A DNA stretch of 64,000 bases from the human T2T-CHM13v2.0 reference genome, Homo sapiens. Numbering within the stretch: the stretch's first letter is position 1; each line of letters opens with the position of its first letter. A program made the translations under genes and the position numbers. Under the pieces are notes generated by a model. That model did not search any database and was not told where the DNA came from. It saw only the letters and a list, made by a program, of their open reading frames with translations. The DNA lies in assembly GCF_009914755.1 (NCBI RefSeq), contig NC_060927.1. One strand, given 5' to 3'. Below, piece after piece: positions 1 to 15,932 of the stretch.

Positions 1-1590
<1,590 letters not shown>

Positions 1591-2236
1591 GATGTATACA
1601 TAACTTAAATTTTGATTGTCACTTACAACGTATAAACTGGATCCACTTCTAAGCTTTTGATGCCAAGGCTTTGTGGTGTGATTGACTTTAAATTGGTTCA
1701 ATAGTCAGAGTTCACATTGTCTTTGTTGCAGGAACAACTTACATGCACCGTCTCCTGGGATTTACAAGTTTATTTCTTTAAAGCAAAGTGAGAATGTAAA
1801 GACCTTTGTGGAACAATCTGAGTGCGGACTCTGGAGTTTTTATGATTCCTTCCACCCCTAAGGCTTTTAGTGTTATCTCACCCACATCTAATTCAGCAGC
1901 GTTTTTAGCAACTCAACCCTACTGTTTCCAAAACATTCATAGAATCAACAGCTATCTTTTTGTGCTTATATTAAATCAGTTTATGAAACATTTAATCAAA
2001 GCATGTAATTACATAACAAATAAAACTGGCATAAATAGATATGGGCAGCAGCACAACTGACTCTTGGCAAATGATCAACTGCACTGGTGGGAACAGAAGT
2101 ACCAAGATGAAACAGAGAACTGGCCATTAGCTGGGGACAATCTGCATTAGCTGGGCATTAGGCAGTATGTTTGACATAGGGGATAGAAAGAACTGGTTTG
2201 TCTAGTGGTAAAGAGGAGATTGATTAAGAGTTTCTG

Positions 2237-2601
<365 letters not shown>

Positions 2602-3029
2602 CTAGCAAAGTTAGTATGGACCAAACGGAGCCTTTTGTGTAGAGCTGTACTTCTAGAAACTGCTATTTGTGGGTAGGTAGAGAGTTCTAGGGTTCTTGCT
2701 GAGTTTTTACTCCAAGAAAAAGTTTATTTCATCAGCTCCTTGAATATTAAGAGGCTCATCTCCTGATGAAGCTTCTGTGCATCCTGACCCAGGAAGAAAA
2801 AGTCTCAAGGCCTCCTGGAAAAAGTCTCAGAGTGTCAGATTATAAGCGTCGGCAGACAGCTGAGCTGAAGCTTGACTGAAGGCCCAGCAGGAGTGCCCTG
2901 GGGGAAGCCTCTTTTGTGAGGCCACAGTAATCACTCTAAAGTCACAGCCAGACTACCATTCTCAGGACAGCTTCTTCAACATACAAATGTCACCAGCATC
3001 AATGACAAGATGACGGCAACTAAGAGCTA

Positions 3030-3260
3030 CAAAGCTCTTTCTCGTGGTCACACACTGTACTAAGCGCTGCATAGCATTATCTTTTCTATTTAAGCTTTTT
3101 TCTTTTTTAGATTTAAGCCTTACAATAACCCTATGAGGTTATCATATTATTCCTATGTCACAGAATAAGAACACTGAATCTTAGGTGGTTAAAAACTTAC
3201 TCATAAACATACAGCTGGTAAGCAGCAGACCTTAAATTTAAACCCAAGTCTGTCTTACAA
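3030..3260 (-). mobile_element. MIR fragment
   Basis: Reverse MIR core (ACAATAACCCTATGAGGT...ACAGCTGGTAAG...TTTAAACCCAAGTCTGTC). Confidence 0.7.
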
Positions 3261-4450
3261 TGGAGCAAGGGTCTTTAATCACAGGACAAAACAAAAAAGG
3301 GAGAAGGAGACTCTTCATGGGTGTGGTGATGTACAGGAACGTGTGGTGATTTTAACAACAGTTATTATTTAAATGACATCCTTGAAAATAGAGAGGAGCT
3401 TAAATTTCCAAACCAGCAAGACAGATAAAGCAAAAAGGCTTTATTTGGAGTGTCTTGGGAAAGACAACTATCATCATCGCTCTGGTGAGAAACTCTGGAC
3501 TAATCTGTTAGGATGATGATGGTGGCATGGTGGGAAAGGAAGATGTCAGAAGAGAAGGAAGTAGGAGGTCCCTGGTTCAGTATTAGGCAGATAAGCAACC
3601 CTTCCAATGTATTGTTTAATAATTTATTATCTGCCTGAGAAAATACCATTATAAAACATCACCTAAACACGATGCCCTAAAACATCACCTGTGTGGCTGA
3701 CAAAACCTTGGCCACCTGATGTTTAATAGCATATTGTACATCCTCCCACAACGACAAACAGGGTGAAGTCTTACCTCTGGCACCACACCAACGGTAAGTT
3801 AGAATACTTTAAAAAATATTTGGCCCCTTTAAAACAAAATTCACACATATTTTACTTCCTTTCTCTAACATCCCAGTGGGATCAGGAGAAAAGCTATTAA
3901 ATTAGCATCTCAACTTTGGCAAAGACAAGATTTGTTCAAAGTCACAAAGCTGCTTATGAGACATAAGAACCAGTACTCACTTGGTTAGAAGTCAGACAAG
4001 AGGATACAGCAGAAAAAAAAAAAAGTGACCTGAATTGAATATTTCCTGCTGATATTCCTGAAAACCACAACTAGCCTTGAGCAATCAAGGGATGACCATA
4101 ATAACACTTTAAGATGCTTGGTTGAAAGTCAAATTATAGAAATACAGTCTCATTTTCATTAATTCATTCATCCAATGGATATCTACTGAACACGTTCTAC
4201 CTGCCAGCTGAAATGCTAAGTATTAGGCATACAGCTATAAGTAGATGTAAAAAATCACTGCCTACAATCTCTTAGCTATCTGTTCTTTATCGTCCATCTT
4301 GTACTAAGAACTAAGAGGCAGAATTCCCTAAGCCAGGTCCACAGCTAGCCAGCAAGGCATCTACTAACCTGCTGAAAATAAAGACAGTTTTAGTTGTGTG
4401 TTTATTTGTCTAAGGAATAAGTTCTTAGCTTTTATTCATTTCTCAATTTC

Positions 4451-4759
<309 letters not shown>

Positions 4760-5625
4760 CATTTCTCAATTTCTTACCTTTAAAAGTTAACAACTGATAG
4801 TAAAAGAACCATGATTGAAATCAAGGAATAAACAAGGAGTTATTACCTGTGAAGGGCCAATATCGTCCCTTCCCAGGACTCTCCATCCAACCTCAACCCC
4901 TGGTCACATTTTATCTGACAAATCCCCAATAGTCACCAGGGTCTAATGGTGTGGCATTTGCCTTGTAATCTCTAAAGGACTATATAGAAATAATAGTTAA
5001 TGTTATGGCCATTACTACTCAATTTGTAGGTTTCTTCTTCCAACAGTTCCAAAGAAAGACAAATATTGAATGAGCAGCCACTGTGTTGCAAAGATGTCAC
5101 TGTGCCACACAAGGTCATTTATGAAGTGAGGGAAGAGGGACTCAGCTCTCAAGCTATCCCACTGGCCAGCGAGTTTGATATGTTTTTAGTTTCCTATTTT
5201 TCTTTCCTTCCATCCTGCCTTCCTGAATTTCTTTTTTCTTTAAGATACAAAAACAATAGAAATTTTTAAATGGTTATTAATTCTGCATATTTTTAAATGA
5301 CATTAGCACATCCTGAGGCTAAATGGGACCAGGTTTTCATGGCTTTTACGAATATAATAAATACATAAAAATGCATCCCCACAGAGCTGGGAATAGACAC
5401 CTATGTTCACAAACCCTCTTAGGAACTAAGGGAAATTAATGCTTTTCATCATACGAACCCTGGGCACAATGTATAGGCTAGATCCTGAACTACACAATGG
5501 TTTGCTAGATTTTCTTATCCTTCTTTATTTGATATACACTACAGTGAAAAATTCTCTGAAGAATTTAAGGAAGCACTGTCACATAATTGCAGCCTTTGAA
5601 GACTGACACCCAAATGCACGCGGGA

Positions 5626-5660
5626 ACACACACACACACCCACACACATACACACACACA
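5626..5660. repeat. interrupted (CA)n microsatellite
   Basis: Directly visible. Confidence 0.95.
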
Positions 5661-6740
5661 GCTTTTCCCAACTTACACTTTCAGACTGCTTCTCCTATAA
5701 AGATGACTTATTTTTTAAAATAATTGCACTTATTTTGACTAGGCTGGCTTTTTAAGACAGTTTAGTTATATTCATTGCAAAAGCATTTGGAAATGGTCTA
5801 TTTGTTTCCTCTCTCGCAGCACACACACTATCAATTCATCTTGTGGTTATGAAAGAAATAAACACCCCAGAGGAATCCTCCGTTTTCAAAAAGTTAGGTG
5901 GATGTGTAATATCTCCAGGTTTTTCAGGATTTAAAGCAAAGTATAACTAGAGAAAACGCTCCTGTCTTCTGTTGCTGTGAAATTCAATGGAAACACTGCA
6001 ATTTGGCTTTGCAGAACACGAGCATCTCCCTTCCCTGTGACAGCTCTAGTAATAGTGCCTGGGTTAGAAGCAAGATCCTCAGAACGTGAAAATCAAATTC
6101 TATATAATCCGCTTACAGCAGAAGCAAATTAAAAGTGATTTTTGTAAGTTTCTGAGCTCAACACATGGTCTCTACCACAAATGGAATTGGACACTCCATC
6201 TCTCCCTACCAATGACCTGAGGGATATCAATCTGTGCAGAAGCTTACAATTAGCTACGTCCACTCTAGTAATAGGCTGTCCAGTCCACATTAAAGGTACA
6301 TTTGCTTAAATTCTCTAAATAGAATCTGTTTTCTGTGTTTTTTTTTTTTTTTGGTAAGTAATTTCCCTGATAAGCACTTAAGCATTCCAGTTTACTGCAT
6401 TATCTCAAAAACAGCATAACTTTCAGCCTCCCTCTCTTGGTCATAACATATTACAAAGTCAATCTAATCCAAGAATGTAAGAAGCAGCTCTGTTGTGATG
6501 CCATTTTTTTCTGTTGCTGTTACACCCACTCTTTGGAAAGAAAGCAGAGGCTCTCATCTGCCTCACAATGACCAGCTTCAAGAACACCATGCAGGTTGCA
6601 TCTCTGCAAACCAGACCCACTGCTTGTACATTGGAAAGGGAAGCTAGATTCTTCAAGCCAAGTGGAAATTTACTTGGAGATACTCGGGATTTATTTTTTG
6701 TTATTGCATGAGATACATATTAACAGGCAAATGTTTCTAA

Positions 6741-6925
6741 GTAGTACAGCCTAATGGTTAAGAGTGCAAATTTTACTGTCAAACGGAATGTGTTTAAATC
6801 TTATCTGTAACTAGTTAGCTGTATGGCTCTGTGCAGATTTCTAAACTTACTGTACACAGTCTTCTATTTGGTGATATAAAGATAGCAAGGGTATCCCTCT
6901 CACAGAGTCATTGCAGGGATTAACT
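6741..6925 (+). mobile_element. MIR fragment
   Basis: ATGGTTAAGAGTGCA head, TAGCTGTATGG core, CTCACAGAGTCATTGCAGGGATTAA. Confidence 0.7.
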
Positions 6926-7479
6926 TGCAGGATGCTAAAACCCCTCCTTCTCAGGCTGTCTTTGGAAATTCGACATTCACCGGCTTCATTACACAGAGCT
7001 TCAGATATTTCCATGTCTGCCTTTCGCCCATAAAAGTGGGGTGCAGGAAGGAGTTCCAGAGAAGCCATCAATCCAAGCATTCCCTAAATTCTCCTTTGAA
7101 CAGGAATTGTACTTTCAGCTTCAAAATTAAATAATTTAGGTAAAGGCATCAAGTATAGTGCATAGCCAATTCTTTTTTTAAAAAATTAACTAAATTTGAA
7201 TCGGTAGCTTGATCACTTTTGTATCCTCAAATTCTCAGAACAAAATTTTTCTGCTATTATTCAAACAGTAAATTGGCCAGGCATCTACCTCCCCATGCCT
7301 TCCCTTGGGAAACACTCTTTATCCTGCCCCAGAACTTTCACTGGCCATAATATCTGTGTCACATTTTGGGTTTTCTGTTTCCTGCAGCCTCCTTTGGCAG
7401 AAATCACAGGAGAGAGAAGGAGAAGCAGAGGACAGGATTAGGAATTGGGGAACTTGCTCTGCTGATGGGCAGTGTGATA

Positions 7480-8471
7480 CCCAGATCACTGAGAGGTGCA
7501 GATCCCTCCATTATCCAAACAATACTCAAGCTTCTGAGAGGAGTAACTGCATGGCCAATATTCTTGTCTTCTTTATTCATCCATGAATCAATATACAATA
7601 ATACTGGATCCTTAAGGTACCCTGACTGAGTCTCCCTTTCCCGTAACCCAAAGAATCTACCTTCCATGCTTCCCATTGGACTGCACATTTCATTATCACA
7701 CACCCAACTGACTTTCAGAGAGCAGCAGGCCATGACTGATATCCTCTATCTATCAGATATATGTCTTAGCAGGGGACCATGCAGTTGTCCTCAATTGTTG
7801 GCTCACTCCAGGGCTCCTATCAAAGGTAGCTAGAGAACGTCAATTGGCATCCAGCCCTCTTTGCAACACACTATTTCCCTAACATGTATCCATACAAAAG
7901 CAAGCACCAAGTGGATAACAGTCATGAGCAAGGACAACTTACATGCTCTTTGGGGAAACCCCTGCTTCTGGGAACATGCTCCCTTGAGTCCCACAGAGAT
8001 TCCCACACCTGGTTGATAGGGCTCCTGCCCTATTCTGGGTATATTCTTGGGCTGCTGGAAAGCTGGGCTTGGCTTTAACTCATCAACTCTTTGAGCTCTT
8101 CAGCCATTAGCCACTTTCTGACCCATAAACCAATTGCTATTTGTTAGACTTTGCACATCCCTGCAAACCCCCATAACCTACCTGCTTAAGATGACTCAAA
8201 GTTCATGGCTGTGTTTAGTCCATGCTAAGTGCCCAGGATTCTCAACCTCTCTAGTCTCAATGCTAGAAGAGGATGATATTAAACTTAACTCATCCCATGA
8301 TATTCCTCAGCTGCAGATAGTGGTTCCCCTCATCTGACCCAGCTCTGGTACCTCAACCCAATAGAACCTGAAATTTTCACATCACTTTACTGGAATCGGA
8401 ACATCTAGGTTTTCATCCTGCATGCATTCTACATGATCTTGCCAAATAGTCTCTAGATATGAAAACACTTC
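7480..8471 (-). mobile_element. probable degraded Gypsy-type (Gmr1/MamGypsy-like) internal region: gag capsid, CCHC remnant, aspartic-protease remnant
   Basis: Hand translation of the minus strand with frameshifts gives collinear motif remnants: EVFSYLE/LFGKIM, GSDEGNHYLQLRNIM..KFNI, AIGLWVR, RAQRVDE, CGNLCGTQG(H), GLLLSESQL. Many stops and frameshifts. Confidence 0.45.
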
Positions 8472-8485
8472 CTAAACTCTACTAA

Positions 8486-8916
8486 TGTATTAGTTTGCTA
8501 GGGTTGCCATGACAAAATGTCGCAACCTGGATGGCTCAAACAACACGAATTTATTGTCTCACAGTTTGGGAGGTTAGAAGTCCAAGATCAAGATGTTGAC
8601 AGAGTTGGTTCCTTCTGAGGGCTGTGAAGGAAACATCTGTTCCAGAACTCTCTCCCAGCTTCTGGAAGCCTCAGGCATTTTCTCCCTGTTTTATTTTATA
8701 TCATCTTTCCTCCATGTGTGTCTCTCTCCAAATTTTCCCTTTTTATAAGGACACCAGTCATATTGGATTAGGGGACCACCCTATTTCAGCATCACCTCAT
8801 CTTATCTAATTACATCTGAAATGAGCCTATTTACATATAAGGTCATATTCTAGGATACTGGGGGTTAGGACTTCAGAATATGAAATTTGGAGGGGCTCAC
8901 AATTCAACCCATAACA
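8486..8916 (-). mobile_element. MaLR solo LTR (MLT1B/C-like)
   Basis: TGTATTAGTTTGCTAGGG...AAGTCCAAGATCAAG...TTTTATAAGGACACCAGTCATATTGGATTAGGG...AATTCAACCCATAACA; TG/CA ends. Confidence 0.9.
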
Positions 8917-9649
8917 AATGGCTACAAAAGCATCTTGCAAGCTGTAAAAGTACTACACCAACATTAGGAATGATTAGGAATAAAGTATACCTAATTGTCA
9001 GTTTAGTTTTTGAGCTTTACAGCACATGGCCATCCTATTGATTATGCTGCACATAAGAACTGACTGGAAGTGGCCTTGCTACTTCTACAAAGTGGATTTT
9101 ATCTTTCTGCAAGTGCTGTTTCCTTCTCATTTATTGATTTGCATAAAATGTCACTTAATGCTTAAATATTTATATTATGTGGACTCAGTAATAGCTTAAT
9201 TTCCACAAAATAAAAAGGTACATTATCTCTTACTGCAGACAGAGTCCTCTTTTTCCAAGTCATTTGTATTTGCATTTCCCCAAGACAGAACTTATGTAAA
9301 TGGATTCGTGGCATAGAAACAAATATAGTCCTTGCAGGGAGAAATTTGACTGGAGGAAGGGCTTGTGCTCTGAAACTATTGGAATCTCTTCTCACATAAG
9401 AGTTCCTCTAAAGCCTGAGTTGATAGGGGGCGCTTGAAAATCAAACCAGCTGAAATGATAGTTATTATTTCCCTTAAGGAGGAAAGAGAAAGGAAGGTTT
9501 CTGATTCAATTTTCCCGCTTATCCAAAATGTTAATATTGGGCCCATCTTCTTCCTAGGGGAGGCTGATGACAAGAATCAACAATTGTTTTCACAGAGAAT
9601 GGCTATGGACATTTTATAACACCTCTGAAAATTATTTTTAATTACACGG

Positions 9650-10121
9650 TGTATTGGTTCCAATGGCTGCTATAACAAATTACCACTAGCTTGATGGCTT
9701 CAAATGATAGAAATGTATTCTCTCTCAGTTCCAGAGGCTACAAGTCCAAATTCGGGCAGGTCCGTGCTCTCTCCCAGGGCTCTAGGGAAGACTCCGTTCC
9801 CTGCCTCCTCTAGTTCCTGCGGCTGCCCCAGACTTCCCAGGTTTGTGGCGGCATCACTCCAATCTCTGCCTGTCTTCACATCGCCTTGTTCTCTGTGTGT
9901 CTGTGTCTTCTCTTCTGTCTGAATCTCCCTCCGCCTCCCTCCTGTAAGGATATGTATGACAGTAACTAGGGACAACCAGAGTAATCCAGGTAACCCGCTC
10001 ATCTCAAAATCCTTAACTCCATCACATCTGCAAAGACCGTTTTTCCAAACAAGGTCACATTCACAGGTTCCAGAGACTCGATGTGGATATCTTCTAAGGG
10101 GCTATTTTTCAACCTACCACA
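9650..10121 (-). mobile_element. MaLR solo LTR (MLT1D-like)
   Basis: TGTATTGGTT...GCTGCTATAACAAATTACCAC...CACATCTGCAAAGACC...CAACCTACCACA; 5-bp TSD CACGG/CAAGG. Confidence 0.88.
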
Positions 10122-10764
10122 CAAGGGTAGAGAAAAGAAGACTTCCATATCTATTTTTTAGATCATTAGTTTTCAAGCTGTTTCCAAAAAGCCTTGGGGC
10201 TCTGAGGTGCCATAGCAGGAACTGCAGAGAAAGGTGAGATGCGACTGAGTCCTCAGGCCTTTTCCTCACTTCCCCATCATTAAAATTAGCTCTGCTTTCC
10301 TGTTTTGGGAAATGGTGTCCTGGGAGAAATGTCATTTCAAGGTAGCATTCAGTGGTTTAAACTCAAGGCTGAAAACTACCCTTTCAAGGTTGCTGATTTT
10401 GAAAATGCTTTTCTGTCTTCATAAAATCCACATGGAAAGAATCTTCTTAAAGAGAATATATACTCCCAGCATGGGAGATTCTGAGTCCCAGGCCTGGGAG
10501 GAAACTTGGAATTGGCACTTTAAGAGGTACCATGGCAGCTTGATCTCACCTGTAGGATGAGGTGTCATAGAACTCCACGTAAATCAGGGTCCTCTTGGGC
10601 CCATTTTTTATCTATTATTTGAAATTGTTGGCAGGAGAGAGAGGTGTCTCTAGTGCCCAATAAGAATAAGAAAAGGCTGGAGAGGCCATTTCTGTGATGT
10701 AAATATTTCAGGGCACTACTTTTTAAAGTACCATTGGCATTTGCTAAAAGATATTACAGTTTTC

Positions 10765-11048
10765 CAAAAGGACAAATTCTGTATGATTCCACTTATAGGA
10801 AGTACCTAGAGTAGTCAAATTCATAGAGATATTAAATAGAAGTAGTTGTCAGGGGCCTGGAGGGAGGGGAAATGGAGAGTTGTTGTTTAATGTGTAGCTT
10901 CAGTTTTGCAAGATAGAGTTCTGTGGCTGGATAACGGTGATGGCAGCATGACAATGTGAATGCACTTAATGCCACTGAAATGTACACTTAAAAGTGACTA
11001 AGATGGTGAATTTTATGTTACGTGTACTTTACGCCAACTTTTAAAAAT
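10765..11048 (+). mobile_element. L1MB-type 3' end fragment
   Basis: TATGATTCCACTTATA...GTAGTCAAATTCATAGAGA...CTTAATGCCACTGAA.TGTACACTTAAAA. Confidence 0.85.
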
Positions 11049-11064
11049 TTCTTAGGAAGCAGAG

Positions 11065-12176
<1,112 letters not shown>

Positions 12177-12697
12177 TTAGGCTACCTGACCCACAGGCAT
12201 TACAAGGAGGGAGTCCTGAGAACCAGAAGGAAGTCAGTTACTGCAGGAGTCTGACTTAGAGATACTAAACTAGAAGAGAAAGAGAAACCAGGAGCCAGAA
12301 CTGGTAGGGCACAGGGCTAGACATGTAGGTATGTGAAGAGACAAAATTAATAACAGGCAAGAAACAAAAGGAAGTTATGGGTATGAAAAGATAATTTTTA
12401 GAAAAAAGGAAAAAATCATGCCTCTCCTACAAATGTAAAATTAAAATGTGTCAAAGATTTTATTTAGCTCATCAAATAATGAGGGAATAAGTAAGATGTA
12501 AAAACTGAGTACAAAGGGAAATCCAAAGAACATAGAGGCAACCAGGAGTGCTGAAATCAACCTGCCAGAGGTGTAGCCTGGTAACTCCACCAAATAAAAA
12601 CATGCAATTATACTTCCAAGTACAAGAATCATTTGCATTACTGTTAGTTTCCTATAATTTGCAGATTTGTAAAATAGCTTGGTCAAAGACAACAAGA

Positions 12698-12863
12698 GGC
12701 AGGTGCGATGATGGCTCATGCCTGTAACCTCTGCACTTTGGGAGACTGAGGTGGGATGACTACTTGAGGCCAGGAGTTCCAGGCTGCAGTGACCTATGAT
12801 TGTGCCACTGCCCTCCAACCTGGGTGACAGAGCCAGACCGCGTCTCTAAAAACAAAATAAAAA
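12698..12863 (+). mobile_element. Alu monomer (FRAM/FAM-like)
   Basis: Single ~165-bp monomer running from the Alu 5' head to GGCTGCAGTGA...CCTGGGTGACAGAG..GTCTCT and an A tail. Confidence 0.8.
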
Positions 12864-12907
12864 TCTTACAGAAGTCTCAAACCACCCCATGAGGTAGGAA
12901 CTATTTT

Positions 12908-13188
12908 GGCCAGGCAGAGTAGATCACTGGGAGGCTGTGGTGAAAGGATTGTTAAGGCCAGAAGTTTGAGACCAACCTGGGCAACAAAGTGAAACCCCCA
13001 TCTCCACAAAAAAATTTTAAAAATTAGCCAAGTGTGGTGGCACATGTCTCTAGTCCCAGCTACTCAGGAGGCTGAGGTGAGAGGATCACTTGAGCCCAAG
13101 AGTTAGAGGCTGCAGTGAGCCATGATGGCACCACTGCGCTCCAGCCTGCACAACTCAGTAAGACTCTGTCTCAAAAGAAAAAAAAAAA
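12908..13188 (+). mobile_element. AluJ with ~20-bp deletion in the left arm
   Basis: J diagnostics GAGGATCACTTGAGCCC..GAGGCTGCAGTGAGCCATGAT; GCCTGTAATCCCAGCAC is missing. Confidence 0.9.
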
Positions 13189-13324
13189 GGCAATAAAAAA
13201 CCAAGACTCATAAAATCAGATAACCCAAAAGAGCAAGGCAGTAGTTAATACCTCATATTCAATTAAAGGGACACCCAGAAATCTCTTCTGGCCATTTCAA
13301 TCTTTCAACTTTTCCTGATAGTGA

Positions 13325-13480
13325 TCAAATAATTTTGAGAAACATTGAGTTAAACGAAGTTACCAGCTGTTCTCAAAGCCTTTAATGGTTAAGAGCCATT
13401 TAGAATCAATAAGAAGGTAATATAGCATGGACTATTTTCCAAATTTATGTGGCTGTGAGACTCTTTTTCATGGAATTCTT
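13325..13480. mobile_element. hAT-Charlie MITE fragment (MER103-like)
   Basis: GAAACATTGAGTTAAAC..TCTCAAAGCCTTTAAT..TTTCCAAATTTAT resembles remembered MER103; a similar remnant lies at ~30410-30580. Confidence 0.45.
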
Positions 13481-14084
13481 TTTAAGATATTATAAAACCT
13501 CAGTATTCTGCAGAGCTCTGTTTGGGAAATCCTGAATATTAATATCTCCTAGAGATAACAGAAGAAAGGATGCTCTTTCCTGAGGATTGTGGTGGCTTAA
13601 CAATTTTTCGTCAGTCCTGAGTAAGCAAACTGGTCTTATAGATTTCCTGCAACTTGTCCTCATCTTGTCTCTCATTCCCCTCCCCTATCCCACTACATGA
13701 TACGCAAACACATTTTATAAAGGGGCTGAAAGGATTAGAAAACTAATGATTCTTGTCTCTTCCCCCACCCTATCCCAATTCTATATCTACATCTGTTATT
13801 TGTGTCTGGCATGCCTTGGGCTCCATTAGAGACCAAGATATTTCTCAAGAGAAAGGATTTGTGGCTAAAATACACCTGCCACATATATGTCTGTCAATTG
13901 AGCTATCTATTTAGAATATTTAAGAGCACTCACTGAAGAATGAACAACTGTTCTAATCAGCAGTCAGCTGTTTGGAGAAAAAGATATCTTCTTCCACCAT
14001 GGCTCAGACAATAAAGAAAGGCACAAAGCCACTGGAAGTTCCTTCTTTCTGGGACAACTAGAACCCCTAGTCATTCTGCGGCCC

Positions 14085-14325
14085 AGTGAACAAAGTGTGG
14101 CATTTGAAACCAGAAGACATGAATTCAAGTCCTAACCTTTATAGTCACTAACTGTGTAACTTCAGACAAGGATTTCTCCTTTCTGAATTTCCACTCTTTC
14201 ATGTGTAAAACAAGTATAAAGATAACACTGAGCTCAGAGGATTACCCTGAGTATCAAAGTACTCACTGAGATAACATATGAAGCCCCTACTATGTATCTG
14301 GCACAGAATAATTGCTCAATATTAA
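14085..14325 (+). mobile_element. MIR
   Basis: CCAGAAGACATGAATTCAAGTCC..ACTAACTGTGTAACTT..TGTAAAA..CTGGCACAGA..GCTCAATA. Confidence 0.75.
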
Positions 14326-14775
14326 TGCCCCCCCATTTATTTCATTTAATTAACTACAATAAGGCTGTGTTACATGAAATATAGACAAATGCTGTGCTGC
14401 CCCGCATGGTGCACACGATGATTTTACATGGTATATGTATGTACTCCCCTTTCAAAGCCATAGTTTCACAGGTCATTTTGCTTAGGATAAAACTAAAGTA
14501 TTTAAGTTAAAAAAGTAAGTCAATTAAAAAGTATTAAGTGAATAACATTACAGGTAGTACTCAGATATAAAACAATTGTAAAGGGGGTACATGAATGACT
14601 AAATTTTGGGAAGCATTCATATAGATGTTCTGGGTGGTCCAAAAAGATTCCAGAAGCAAAAGATGGAAGCTTCAGGAAGAGTATTTTGTGATGGAGGAAC
14701 TTTTTAAGATAGCTGAACAAAGATGGACTGGACCAGGTAACCATTTTGCTGCTGGAGACATTCAAGCAAACATTA

Positions 14776-15299
14776 TATGATGGTTAATTTTAGGTGTCAA
14801 CTTGACAAGGCTAAAGAATGTCCATAGAGTTGGTAAAACATTATTTCTGAGTGTGACAGTGAGGGTGTTTCTGGAGGAGATTAATTAGCATTTAAATCAG
14901 TAAACTGAGTAAAAAAGATCAGTCCTCAGCAACATAGGCTGGCATCATCCAATTCACTAAGGGCTCAGACAGAACAAAAAGGCAGAGGACAGGAAAACTC
15001 ACTTTCTCTGTTTGAGCTGAGATGTCCATCTTTCCTGCCTACAGACATGGAAGCTCCTGGTTCTCAGGCTTTTGGACTTAAACTAGGATTTATACCATCA
15101 CCCCAAACCCACCGATTCACAGTCTTCGAACACAAACTGAATTACACCACTGGCTTTCCTGGTTTCCCACTTAGCAGCAGGTCATGGAATTTGTTGACCT
15201 TCATAACCAAGTGAGCGAATTCCTAGAATAAATCTTCCCTTCAATGCATTTATATATATTCTATTGATTCTGTTTCTCTGGAGAACCCTGACTAAGGCA
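14776..15299 (+). mobile_element. HERVL solo LTR (MLT2B/D-like)
   Basis: ATGGTTAATTTTAGGTGTCAACTTGAC start; GAACAAAAAGGCAGAGG; AATAAA; CTGTTTCTCTGGAGAACCCTGACTAA end. Confidence 0.9.
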
Positions 15300-15876
15300 T
15301 TGGGGATTCGGACTTTGGATGGATGATTAGGCCATGTGCCCATGAAAGTTCCTTTGAACCACACGAGGCTGTGCTCCTATCACTAGAAGGACTTCAGTTG
15401 TAGAAGCTTACAGATCACAAGTAAAAATATCAAATAAGTGCCTCCTGGGAAAATGTACTGTCCGGTAGTTGAGGACTTGGAGGTTCTCTCCTGGGTCCCG
15501 AGAGTCACCCTGACTGAGTTTCCATGGCCTGCCTCCATCTATGACTGTGTGCCAATTTCCATCGCATTTCACGGGTTTTGCACTTTCTATTCACTGAGAG
15601 TTTCCTTTGAGAATATAGTCCAGATCCTGCGCTGCAGTGATTTCCTTTGGGTGTGAACGGTCGGAAGGCACAGGGTAATTAAAGCCCACACATGCAAGCG
15701 TGTCTGACAGAATGATGTGTACTCCCCTCTGATTGGGGTCTGATTTGAATAAGAATGCCAAGCAGGCCGAGCCAAGAGAAAGCAAAGGCATAGGAAGCCT
15801 TTCTAAATTCTAAAAAGAAAATGTCAGACCGGAGCTGAGTTGCATCTTCAGCCAAGCTCCTCCACCTTCCTCCCCC

Positions 15877-15882
15877 AACACA

Positions 15883-15921
<39 letters not shown>

Positions 15922-15932
15922 GCACACACACA
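15877..15932. repeat. (CA)n microsatellite, interrupted
   Basis: Directly visible. Confidence 0.95.

Noticed and set aside
3761-3800. Splice-like signals (CTTACCT, CGGTAAGT); also strong acceptor-like tracts at ~1730 and ~41440
   Set aside because: No consistent exon chain can be built from sequence alone; lncRNA exons are neither supported nor excluded without RNA data.
8486-10121. Two MLT1 LTRs as one MaLR element
   Set aside because: Divergent subtypes; the second has its own TSD; the spacer is not recognisable MaLR internal sequence.
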